Below, in pieces: positions 1-7,842 of a stretch of 10,148 bases of DNA. The translations under genes were made by a program, and so were the position numbers. The number at the start of each line of letters is the position of its first letter. The stretch's first letter is position 1. The stretch comes from Trichormus sp. ATA11-4-KO1 (GTDB taxonomy: Bacteria > Cyanobacteriota > Cyanobacteriia > Cyanobacteriales > Nostocaceae). Location: positions 1-10,148 of the forward strand of contig JAHHIM010000071.1 of assembly GCA_019358915.1 (NCBI GenBank), written 5' to 3'. The notes beneath the pieces are model-generated. The model worked only from the letters and a program-made list of their open reading frames with translations, was not told where the DNA came from and did no database searches.

Positions 1-33
1 AACACGAACCACGTTCTAGGGGGTTGAGGCGTT

Positions 34-183
34 GATTTAAACGCAGCTGCACGAACTCGTTGCCGCTTCGCTCGAATAAGCGGTGGCTCTTACGGGCAGG
101 AAGATATTGGTAGGGCCAACTAGATCCGCAAGCCCGCAAGAGCCACTCCGCTTCGCCGCTTATTCGCAACGAGTTCTTAAATC
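34..183. repeat. Long interrupted inverted repeat / branched hairpin
   Basis: Paired arms: GATTTAA 34-40 / TTAAATC 177-183; GAACTCGTTGC 53-63 / GCAACGAGTTC 166-176; CGAATAAGCGG 73-83 / CCGCTTATTCG 156-166; GTGGCTCTTACGGGC 83-97 / GCCCGCAAGAGCCAC 132-146 (1 mismatch). GCTTCGC lies at both bulges (65-71, 150-156). Confidence 0.85.
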
Positions 184-526
184 TTGGTTGGGGAAGTATA
201 CTAAACAACAGCTTCAATTAGCACAGCCAAAACAAGCTTTTTTGGCGATTTTCGAGTTAAAGAGCAATTTTATTTTTATAATCCTGTCGTAGCAAGGCTT
301 TTAATGGCATTGAGCCGAAACCCCGACTTAATGCCTTATAGGGTGGACACAGAGAGGTATTCGTGACAGCTATCCACCAACTATGTATGTAAATTTTATG
401 GAGGGTGATTAAAAATTCATTAATAACCTGTAAATTTTTAATTGATTAATCCTAAGTGCTTTTCTAAGCCAAGTTTTTAAGTTTTTTTATTGTAAACATA
501 AACTTTTTAAAAATAAATTAAATACT

Positions 527-554
527 TTGCTAACGAGAATTATTAAGCTATGAT
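527..554 (+). promoter_or_regulatory. Putative sigma70-type promoter of the Argonaute operon
   Basis: TTGCTA (527-532), 16-nt spacer, TATGAT (549-554), preceded by a very AT-rich tract. It would put the transcript start downstream of ATG 555, favouring GTG 597 as the start codon. Confidence 0.4.
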
Positions 555-596
555 ATGGTACATTTGTATTTTTTTTATCTATTTCCAAGTCAGCAA

Positions 597-1958
597 GTGT
601 CCAGAAAAAAAATCGGTCAATCTGACATAACCGGACAGCAAGGCATCAATATTATTGAACAAGTTGTCCTGGATATGGGATTCCTTTGGTATCCAACTGG
701 AGGTGTAGAGGCGGGTATTGACGGCATAATTGAAATTCGTGATTTCCAGACAGGCGAGGTCACAAACTGTATCATTCAAGTTCAAAGTAAAGCTACTCAA
801 AAGTCTCTTCTTCAGTCAGAAAATGAAAACGGCTTTGAGTTTAGATGTGAGGAAAGAGATATTAATTACTGGTTACAAGGCAATGCCCCAGTTATTCTAA
901 TTATTGTCAAAATATCAACTAAAGAAGCTTTTTGGGTTGTTGTAAAGGATTACTTTTGTGATGCCAAGCGACGGCAATCTAAAAAAGTTACATTTGATAA
1001 GCGTTTTAATCGTTTTGATGTCAACGCAAGAGATGCGCTAATTAAGCTGGCTGTTCCCCAAAACTCAGGACTTTACCTTGCACCACGACCAAAGTTAGAG
1101 AAATTATACTCAAACCTGCTGCGAGTCTCTCAACTTGCAGAACATCTCTACACTGCTTACACAGTTACAGAGGATGAATCTAAAGCTTATTCAGCGCTTC
1201 AGAAAATTGGTCGAAATTTAGGACAAGAGTGGTTGTTGAAAGAAAATTTCGTACTTAGTTTCCACGACTTGCGTGAAGCACCTTGGACAGAAATCTGCGA
1301 TTTTGGAACTGTTGAGAAGCATGACGTAGAAGAATGGTCGTTATCAAATCGGCTTGAACGACAACAAGAATTTGTCTGGTTACTCAACAATGCACTGCGC
1401 GAGAAAATCAAAGCAGAATTATCGTTCGACAGAAAGAAAAAATGCTACTATTTCAAACCTACTAATGACTTATCAGTACTTCGATACTCCTATCGAAGTC
1501 TTTCTAAAAAAACACATCGTGATGTTTTTCAGCCCTACTTTAAAAAAAATTCTACAGAAGTTGCATACTACAGACATTCTGCTTTTGAAGGACAGTTTAT
1601 ACGTGTCGATTTAGATTGGTTTTTAGAGATTACACCAACTTATTTTTTCACTAAGGATGGTTATACCAGAGATAAGTTTGGGCAAGATCATCTTTCAGGA
1701 ATAAAACGCCTTGAAAAGAATCCTGCGGTATTTGGTCAACTTATAATGTGGGCAGAGTATTTGATTACGCCTGCTCAGGGTGATTTATTTATTCAAAATT
1801 ACCCATTTCTACATTTTTTTGACCCGCTAGAAGAATTTGAAATTGAAGTTGGTATTGATGATGATATTTGGTTAAGCAACGAAGACGATGAAACTACTGC
1901 ATTGTTAGAAGAATCTTTAAACGATTTACCTCTATTTCAAATAAACAATGAAGATTGA
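597..1958 (+). CDS. DUF4365 (DREN, PD-(D/E)xK-type nuclease)-APAZ fusion; short-Argonaute effector partner
   Basis: N-terminal EAGIDGIIEIRD...IQVQSKAT and INYWLQGNAPVILI fit DUF4365 (D...QxK nuclease motif). C-terminal LYSNLLRV, YYRHSAFEGQF, WFLEITPTYFFTKDG and KRLEKNPAV...W fit APAZ. It overlaps the pAgo start by 11 nt. The ORF is open from ATG 555; GTG 597 (MSRKKIGQSDITGQQG) is the preferred start by inference. Confidence 0.88.
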   Translation: MSRKKIGQSDITGQQGINIIEQVVLDMGFLWYPTGGVEAGIDGIIEIRDFQTGEVTNCIIQVQSKATQKSLLQSENENGFEFRCEERDINYWLQGNAPVILIIVKISTKEAFWVVVKDYFCDAKRRQSKKVTFDKRFNRFDVNARDALIKLAVPQNSGLYLAPRPKLEKLYSNLLRVSQLAEHLYTAYTVTEDESKAYSALQKIGRNLGQEWLLKENFVLSFHDLREAPWTEICDFGTVEKHDVEEWSLSNRLERQQEFVWLLNNALREKIKAELSFDRKKKCYYFKPTNDLSVLRYSYRSLSKKTHRDVFQPYFKKNSTEVAYYRHSAFEGQFIRVDLDWFLEITPTYFFTKDGYTRDKFGQDHLSGIKRLEKNPAVFGQLIMWAEYLITPAQGDLFIQNYPFLHFFDPLEEFEIEVGIDDDIWLSNEDDETTALLEESLNDLPLFQINNED

Positions 1959-3420
1959 ATTTTTACAAGAACCAGAACTGGAGTTTGGCAATGGTGGACG
2001 ACACATTGATATTCGCTTTGGGATGATGCACCATAAACCACTTGACTATGACAGCACATCTGCCCCAAAGGAAATCAAATTAGGGATTGTTGGTTCATCC
2101 GAAACAGTCGAGGGTTTAGAAATTTGGCTCGAGAGATGTAGGCAAGGGATTGAGGCAAAGAATAGTAACCAACCATACCTTTTTCCAGAATTCCCAGGCT
2201 TTGGAGAAGACAATAATTTGCCTGCGGCTATTAGCATGGATTCTAGGCGGAATGCAACTATATCGAATAAAGATATTGACAAACTTCTTCAAATTCAAGA
2301 TGTAAATACACTTATTGGTGAAACAGTCAATTTTTTAATTGAAGAGTTACGGTATATCGATGAAAAAACTAGTCCAGATGTTTTTATATGTGCATTACCA
2401 GAATCATTATTAGAAAAAATCTCTGTAGATAAAGAAAATACTGTCAATAATAACCACCCGGTTTTTAGTAATGAAAATAATCAAAAAGAAATAGAGTTAG
2501 ATTTTCATGATTTATTTAAAGCAAAAGCAATGGCATTAAGAAAGCCAACACAAATTATCTTACCCTCAACCTATAACGCAAGAAAGAAGTCAAAGATAAG
2601 TAAGAACAAGCACAAACAGAAAGCTCCGACAATCCAGGATGAGGCAACCCGTGCTTGGAATTTCTATACTGCTTTATATTACAAAGCTTTGGGAACACCC
2701 TGGCGACTGATCAGAGATTCACGAGATTTGACCACGTGCTACGTAGGTATTAGCTTCTATAAAACACTTGATCGCTCAAAATTATTAACCAGTACTGCTC
2801 AAATTTTCAACGAGCGGGGAGAAGGAGTTATTTTGCGTGGAGGGCAAGCTGAATTATCAAAAGATGATCGCCAACCTTACCTTCCAGCATCAGATGCATC
2901 CGAATTGCTTTCTAATGCCTTGGCAATGTACCGCCGAGAACATCGAAATTTACCCGCAAGAGTTGTACTGCATAAAACTTCTCGATTTATTCCAGAGGAG
3001 TTTGACGGATTTCAGGATGCCTTGGATAAACATGGTATTGATACAGGAGAGTTTATCAGCTTTGACCGTACAGGTGGAACTAGACTATTCCGTTACGGAA
3101 AGTATCCTCCTCTGCGAGGAACATTACTAAGTTTGGATGATTATACTCACGTTTTATATACGCGGGGGAGCGTTGATTTTTTTTCAACTTACCCAGGGAT
3201 GTATGTGCCACGTCCTTTAAAATTCCGGTGTGAAAGTGTAGAAGAAACGCCGAAAGCGCTGGCACAGGAAATTTTGGCACTAACGAAAATGAACTGGAAC
3301 AATACACAGTTCGACCGAGGAGAACCCATCACTATTCGAGCAGCAAGGCAGGTAGGACAAATTTTAAAGTATGTAGGTAAAAATGATCCGCTAGAGTTTC
3401 ATTACCGCTTTTATATGTAG
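1948..3420 (+). CDS. ago: Short prokaryotic Argonaute (MID-PIWI only, catalytically inactive)
   Basis: 490 aa. N-terminal EPELEFG; MID motifs HDLFKAKAM..PTQII and AWNFYTALYYKALGTPW; PIWI motifs CYVGISFY, VVLHKT, PPLRGT, YPGMYVPRPL, LTKMNWN, P.TI; C-terminal YRFYM. The slicer Asp positions appear replaced (GIS for GID, HKT for RDG). Too short to hold N/PAZ domains. Confidence 0.95.
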   Translation: MKIEFLQEPELEFGNGGRHIDIRFGMMHHKPLDYDSTSAPKEIKLGIVGSSETVEGLEIWLERCRQGIEAKNSNQPYLFPEFPGFGEDNNLPAAISMDSRRNATISNKDIDKLLQIQDVNTLIGETVNFLIEELRYIDEKTSPDVFICALPESLLEKISVDKENTVNNNHPVFSNENNQKEIELDFHDLFKAKAMALRKPTQIILPSTYNARKKSKISKNKHKQKAPTIQDEATRAWNFYTALYYKALGTPWRLIRDSRDLTTCYVGISFYKTLDRSKLLTSTAQIFNERGEGVILRGGQAELSKDDRQPYLPASDASELLSNALAMYRREHRNLPARVVLHKTSRFIPEEFDGFQDALDKHGIDTGEFISFDRTGGTRLFRYGKYPPLRGTLLSLDDYTHVLYTRGSVDFFSTYPGMYVPRPLKFRCESVEETPKALAQEILALTKMNWNNTQFDRGEPITIRAARQVGQILKYVGKNDPLEFHYRFYM

Positions 3421-3454
3421 AAATGGCAATGTCGATGTAATAGCTGAAGATTAG

Positions 3455-3491
3455 CCCACTCGTCTTTTCCTCCTTGAGAAAGTGGGATTTT
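3455..3491 (+). terminator. Possible weak terminator between convergent ago and partition genes
   Basis: CCCACT 3455-3460 / AGTGGG 3481-3486 followed by ATTTT; the loop is long and poorly paired. Confidence 0.25.
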
Positions 3492-3599
3492 CTGGTCAAC
3501 TTCCATTTACTTGAAAAACGTTACAAGCTATATATATCAAGCATTTCCAGACCATATTGCCGTAAATTACACATATCTCGGCTTCACGTCAACATCTGG

Positions 3600-4274
3600 T
3601 TACACATCTATTTGGTTACCCAAATTTTTTACTTGTTCTAGTGCCTCTACTACGCCAACTTCATCAGCAAGCCGAATAAACGCACTGGCTAATTCTTCTA
3701 GTAAGTCACTACGATCCACTTCTACCCCTTCATCAGCTAAATCCATCAACACACGGTTAATCTGCCTACTCAGCTTTTTAGGAATGCGAAAGGTGGTTTG
3801 TGTATAGTCGGGATTCTCGCGTTTAGCTAATTTATCTTTATCCTTCAATTTTTTAGCTGATGAAGGGGTAGTTGAGTTTTCGGGTTGTTGAATGTCTGGG
3901 TATCCAGGTATCTGAATATCTGTTTTTTTAGATGACTGGGTTTTTAGCGGTTCAGATTCCTGGGTTTTAGTAGAGGTGGGTTGTTGGCTGAATAAATGTT
4001 CAACTGGCTCAATATCTAACTGTTCGGGTTGCTGAATATCTGGGTATTTAGATAGCTGGGTTTTTAGCGGTTCAGATTCCTGGGGTTGCATAGTAGCAGA
4101 TTCGTGGCTTGGTAAATTTTCAACAGGCGGAGTATCTAGCTGTTCAGATACCAGATTTTCTGGGTACCCAAGCATCTGGGTACTTCCTTGTGCTGCACCC
4201 AAAACTTCACTAAATCGACTTACCCTTTTACTGCCTGAACTATTTCGTTTTTTATTACTGTCCAATCCCGCCAT
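3600..4274 (-). CDS. ParA-associated partition adaptor (centromere-binding candidate; repetitive disordered N-half, C-terminal ribbon-helix-helix-like domain)
   Basis: Directly downstream of and overlapping parA. C-terminal KRENPDYTQTTFRIPKKLSRQINRVL...DRSDLLEEL has a strand-helix-helix pattern. Internal repeats QESEPLKTQ x2 and YPDIQQPE x2. Start codon uncertain. Confidence 0.75.
   Translation of the reverse strand: MAGLDSNKKRNSSGSKRVSRFSEVLGAAQGSTQMLGYPENLVSEQLDTPPVENLPSHESATMQPQESEPLKTQLSKYPDIQQPEQLDIEPVEHLFSQQPTSTKTQESEPLKTQSSKKTDIQIPGYPDIQQPENSTTPSSAKKLKDKDKLAKRENPDYTQTTFRIPKKLSRQINRVLMDLADEGVEVDRSDLLEELASAFIRLADEVGVVEALEQVKNLGNQIDV
3936..4084. repeat. 29-bp exact direct repeat, 120 bp apart, within the adaptor gene
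   Basis: CTGGGTTTTTAGCGGTTCAGATTCCTGGG at 3936-3964 and 4056-4084, part of a degenerate 120-bp (40-aa) duplication. Confidence 0.9.
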
Positions 4275-4822
4275 GCTACTTTTCCCCCGCGAACTTTATA
4301 AATAGGAACTCCACTAGCCACCGCATCCTTATAAGCTTTGTAAAACCGAATTCCGCGACTGAAAACTGGATAATTCTGTAGTTTTAATGCTTCCATCGCT
4401 TCTTGACCATCTTTTTGTGGCGGTGGAGGAATCATTGTTAGTAGAACTTTCCAGTTTGTATCTTGTGGCAAGGATTTTGCCATCAGTGCCATTGCATCCA
4501 TACTTAAGATGTCTGGTGGAGTTGGGACAATGAGCAAATCACAACCCCTGGCTAAATCTTCCACTTCGGCATCATTAGGACGGGCGGGTGTGTCAAAAAT
4601 GATGTACTCGAACTTCTGCGATCGCATTAACTTCGCAGCTTCCTTTTCTCCACAGACCTGAAATGGTAAACCCCCAGGTCTAGCCCAAGTCGTTGCTGAC
4701 CGATTGGGGTCAGCATCAATTACCAAAGTTGTACCGTCAGCACAAAACAAGGAAGCTAAACATATCGCCGAAGTTGTTTTAGAAACCCCGCCTTTGAATG
4801 AGCTAAGAGAGACGATCGGCAT
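4220..4822 (-). CDS. parA: Small (type Ib-like) ParA partition ATPase
   Basis: Deviant Walker A FKGGVSKTT, A' LVIDADPN, Walker B IIFDTP; 200 aa with no N-terminal HTH. Contains HIP1 GCGATCGC at 4618-4625. Confidence 0.93.
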   Translation of the reverse strand: MPIVSLSSFKGGVSKTTSAICLASLFCADGTTLVIDADPNRSATTWARPGGLPFQVCGEKEAAKLMRSQKFEYIIFDTPARPNDAEVEDLARGCDLLIVPTPPDILSMDAMALMAKSLPQDTNWKVLLTMIPPPPQKDGQEAMEALKLQNYPVFSRGIRFYKAYKDAVASGVPIYKVRGGKVAWRDWTVIKNEIVQAVKG

Positions 4823-4859
4823 TATCTTCCCTCACGATAGATGAAAGCATCATAACTGC

Positions 4860-4932
4860 TACCTGGGTATATATATAAGCTGGATGTTTGAATATTTGGG
4901 TACCCAGATATTTTAATGTGTGGGTAACCGTA
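4860..4932. promoter_or_regulatory. Degenerate 8-bp tandem array upstream of parA; candidate centromere/operator
   Basis: In-phase octamers TGTTTGAA TATTTGGG TACCCAGA TATTTTAA TGTGTGGG (4885-4924), plus TACCTGGG at 4860-4867 and the palindrome TGGGTACCCA at 4897-4906. Confidence 0.5.
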
Positions 4933-5115
4933 TTAAAGTGTTTACGGAGGTTCTCAAGGTGAGGTGTGCATTGCCATGTGATTAACTTCATAATGTTTAA
5001 ACAACCTGTGGCCTCAATTGTCACGATACACCCAGACATTTCTAACATCTTTAATAATTCGGGAATTGCTGTAATTTCATTGTAGGGTTAGAATACAGAA
5101 AAAATCATTTTCCGT

Positions 5116-5343
5116 ATGCAACTAGAACTGCTTGAAATTCGTTATCGATTCTTAGGTAAACCAACTAATATACTTGTGATTGTCGCTACTTCTAAAGAGT
5201 ATGGTAGCAGCGAATATGAAGGAATGAATATAGAGGTTGTTATAGAAAGATCAACAAAAGAAGAATTATTCAATTTGTCCCTTTTAGAAATTAGACAAGA
5301 AGCTATTGAACGAGCAAAAGCCTTGATGGTTGCGGTGGAGTAG
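5116..5343 (+). CDS. Small hypothetical protein (75 aa)
   Basis: ATG-initiated ORF filling an intergenic gap, with protein-like composition and an amphipathic C-terminal helix. No recognised family. Confidence 0.5.
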   Translation: MQLELLEIRYRFLGKPTNILVIVATSKEYGSSEYEGMNIEVVIERSTKEELFNLSLLEIRQEAIERAKALMVAVE

Positions 5344-5535
5344 CTTTGATATCACAAATCTCCACAATCAAAATTCAAGGAGCGTTGAGCATTTAGCTTC
5401 TCATAGCCAAGAAATTATTAACGTTTTCTTAACTACCACACTGGTAAGAATTAGAGAACCTTAAACCGTTGCTTTTCAAGTAAAAAAATTCGGTAAATAA
5501 TTCAAAGTTAATATATATGATTTAAGAGTAAATTT

Positions 5536-6390
5536 ATGGCAATAAATATTGATTATGAACAAATTTATCAACTTACATTTCGTAAACATTGGTTGGAGTT
5601 ACTGGAGGTTGTTTATAAGTATTCTCGAATTGCTTCTACAGATGAATTAGTCATGAATGCAGTAAAAAACTTTGAAGATGAATTCTTTGAAGAATTAGAT
5701 AGAGGTACTCCAAAAGATAACTTTGAAGTTTTATTGGAAAAATTATTCCTTTTAGATAAAGGTAAAATTTATCAGTTGTCAAAAGAGCGATCTATGAGAA
5801 TTGTTGTAGAGTTAGTTAAGTTTTACAACAATAAAGGATTAACTACTGAAGCCTATGATTATGCTAAGTTCTATCCAAATAATGAAGTGTGTGCTGAAGT
5901 TATTAGATACTACGAAGAATTACAACCTACAAAATTAGTAACCCATTCTCAAAACAATAATATTAAAGTAATAGAAAATAACAGTATTGCAAATGTTGAT
6001 TACACAACTAGCCTTTTTAAGTCTCGTCAAGAGATTGATTTTTTTATGGCTGTTAGAGAAGTTTTTCAAATGTTTGTAGTTTATCCTAATGTTGCAATAA
6101 GTTGTTTAATTGACTTCGATAAAATTAAGAATAATTTGTCTTTAGAAGAAAAAAACTTTTTCTTTAAAGGAATAATAGACTGTGTGATTTTTGACCAATA
6201 CAATAATTATAAACCGATTAAATTCTTTGAGTTAGATAGCCCATATCATGACTCACCTGAACAGAATTTAAGAGATAATTATAAAAACAATATTTTAGCT
6301 TTAGCTGGACAGAAGCTTTATAGAATTAGAAAAATTTCAGATAACCAAGGTAAGACAGAGTTTATAAAACTTATAAGAGAAATAGCGTAA
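5536..6390 (+). CDS. DUF2726-like (Vsr/PD-(D/E)xK-fold nuclease-like) domain protein with an N-terminal helical domain
   Basis: C-terminal LFKSRQEIDFF..VYPNVAISCLI..IDCVIFD..FFELDSPYHD..RDNYKNNILALAGQKLYRI matches the DUF2726 pattern (D..ELD..H..RD..K..G..L.R). Very AT-rich. Confidence 0.78.
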   Translation: MAINIDYEQIYQLTFRKHWLELLEVVYKYSRIASTDELVMNAVKNFEDEFFEELDRGTPKDNFEVLLEKLFLLDKGKIYQLSKERSMRIVVELVKFYNNKGLTTEAYDYAKFYPNNEVCAEVIRYYEELQPTKLVTHSQNNNIKVIENNSIANVDYTTSLFKSRQEIDFFMAVREVFQMFVVYPNVAISCLIDFDKIKNNLSLEEKNFFFKGIIDCVIFDQYNNYKPIKFFELDSPYHDSPEQNLRDNYKNNILALAGQKLYRIRKISDNQGKTEFIKLIREIA

Positions 6391-6405
6391 GAGCAAAGGT
6401 CTGAA

Positions 6406-7347
6406 TTAGACATTGAGCCGATTAATCATGCTAATTATGCTTTTAACAGCGTCTATAGCTTCACTAAAAGTGGGGCATTCGTCTTCTACAGCGTAAGACA
6501 TTCCTGTAACAAATTGCTGATATTCATTAGCATACAAAGAATCATCTTCTAGTGTTAGCAGCATTTTTTGTAACAATTCAACTTCGGAGTTGGCTAATGA
6601 TTTAATTTTTCCTCTGTCGTTATCTATATCTTTTCGCATCACACCAATAACTAAATCTGAAAAGCTTGAATAATTAAAAATTACGTCTCTTAACGCTGTT
6701 AAATCATATAAATGGCGAATAAGAGATGGATCATCTTTTTCACTACCTCTGTTTCTAGATAATACTCGCCAAGTTAAAGCACTTAGTTTCTCTGCTGCTG
6801 TTTCTATAGGTGAAACACAAGCCATTAAAGGAACTTCTGGCGGTTGCTCCATTGCTTGAGCGATAAAAGATTGTAAAGGTCTTTGTTCAACAGCCAAGGT
6901 AGGCGAAATAAAATTAACCTCTAACTTTATATAGGGACGAAGTGCCGCAGGTATGTGAAAATTTTCTTTGTAGCGAATGTTGCAAGTAAATTTACGATTT
7001 GCATTTTCAGACTTTGGTTCGCCCTCCAATGACCATTCTGAACTACTACCACGGATTACTTCAACAATTTGCTTTCGGTAGTTACTACATTCATTCCGTG
7101 TAGGATTAGAATTTGCTTTTGGCAAAATTACTTTGAAATCAAGGTCTTCCGAAAAACGTTTAATAAGTCCAAACCCTTTTGATAAGCTGGTTCCCCCTGC
7201 AAAAACTAATTGCACACCAAAATTATTGACAGTGATCAAGGATGCAATTATCCGCATAGCGTACCAATCCTTCTCAACAAATGAAGGATTAACACCAAGA
7301 TCACTGGCAATAACTTCTATAAGATTTGGGTCAAGAAACGTATTCAA
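6406..7347 (-). CDS. abiEii: AbiEii/AbiGii-family nucleotidyltransferase toxin (type IV TA / abortive infection)
   Basis: VEKDWY, FAGGTSLSKGFGLIKRFSEDLDF (GGT...RFSEDxD nucleotidyltransferase motif), AEKLSAL, RHLYDL. Confidence 0.92.
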   Translation of the reverse strand: MNTFLDPNLIEVIASDLGVNPSFVEKDWYAMRIIASLITVNNFGVQLVFAGGTSLSKGFGLIKRFSEDLDFKVILPKANSNPTRNECSNYRKQIVEVIRGSSSEWSLEGEPKSENANRKFTCNIRYKENFHIPAALRPYIKLEVNFISPTLAVEQRPLQSFIAQAMEQPPEVPLMACVSPIETAAEKLSALTWRVLSRNRGSEKDDPSLIRHLYDLTALRDVIFNYSSFSDLVIGVMRKDIDNDRGKIKSLANSEVELLQKMLLTLEDDSLYANEYQQFVTGMSYAVEDECPTFSEAIDAVKSIISMINRLNV

Positions 7348-7744
7348 AGGTTACATATTTACCGTCGTAACCAATTTTACGTGAAACACGTCCTTTAACG
7401 CCAACAACTCGTCCGGTTGGAACTTGCGTTGTACGTCCTTGATTATAAGCTAAATCATAGCTTGATTCTACAACCTCTATCTGTAATTTCTTTAGAGCTT
7501 CAGTTGCTAATTCACGTAACCCTCTACGGGGAACTATACGCTTTGATAAAGGAGAAAATGCAGCTTTAGCGTAAAGCCCATAACCAATTTTTACGATTTT
7601 ACCTTTCTTTACTAATGCCTTAAGACTACGCCCAATTTGAGTGTAACTAGCAATGTCTACAAAATCCTTACGCATAAAGACATCACGCTCACTACTGTCA
7701 ATTCGACGAGTGATTCTATCTTCTACTGTGTTAGGGGTTTTCAT
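7331..7744 (-). CDS. AbiEi-like antitoxin (DUF6088-type winged-helix protein)
   Basis: VFMRKDF..IGRSLKALVKKGKIVKIGYGLY wHTH motif and AYNQGRTTQVP. Overlaps the toxin start by 17 nt; G-rich RBS upstream. Confidence 0.82.
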   Translation of the reverse strand: MKTPNTVEDRITRRIDSSERDVFMRKDFVDIASYTQIGRSLKALVKKGKIVKIGYGLYAKAAFSPLSKRIVPRRGLRELATEALKKLQIEVVESSYDLAYNQGRTTQVPTGRVVGVKGRVSRKIGYDGKYVTFEYVS

Positions 7745-7842
7745 CTTTTTAGTCCCCCCTGACGAGGATTAAGTGAAGTAGTAAAGGCTTACTAAGAGGT
7801 TTAATGGCTTTTATTAGCTCACAACATAATGATAAAGCAGGT

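Noticed and set aside
83..292. 69-aa ORF
   Set aside because: GTG start inside the long hairpin and no recognisable motif; probably incidental.
230..340. Possible IS end remnant with short inverted repeat GGCATTGAG/CTTAATGCC
   Set aside because: No partner terminus, target duplication or transposase is visible in the window.
555..596. N-terminal extension MVHLYFFYLFPSQQ of the APAZ partner
   Set aside because: T-rich low-complexity sequence abutting the putative -10 box; GTG 597 is the more plausible start, though unproven.
597..1100. SPARTA/SPARSA (TIR or SIR2 effector) assignment
   Set aside because: The N-terminus shows GID...QxK nuclease motifs, not TIR or SIR2 signatures.
579..3307. 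Short alternative-frame and antisense ORFs inside the Argonaute operon
   Set aside because: Fully nested in two well-supported genes, with no motifs.
3511..3807. 98-aa plus-strand ORF
   Set aside because: Ser-rich antisense shadow of the partition adaptor gene.
3880..4190. CRISPR-like array
   Set aside because: Only two exact 29-bp copies 120 bp apart, inside a coding frame, and no cas genes.
4803..5048. 81-aa minus-strand ORF upstream of parA
   Set aside because: Runs through the octamer array/promoter region, with no protein-family features.
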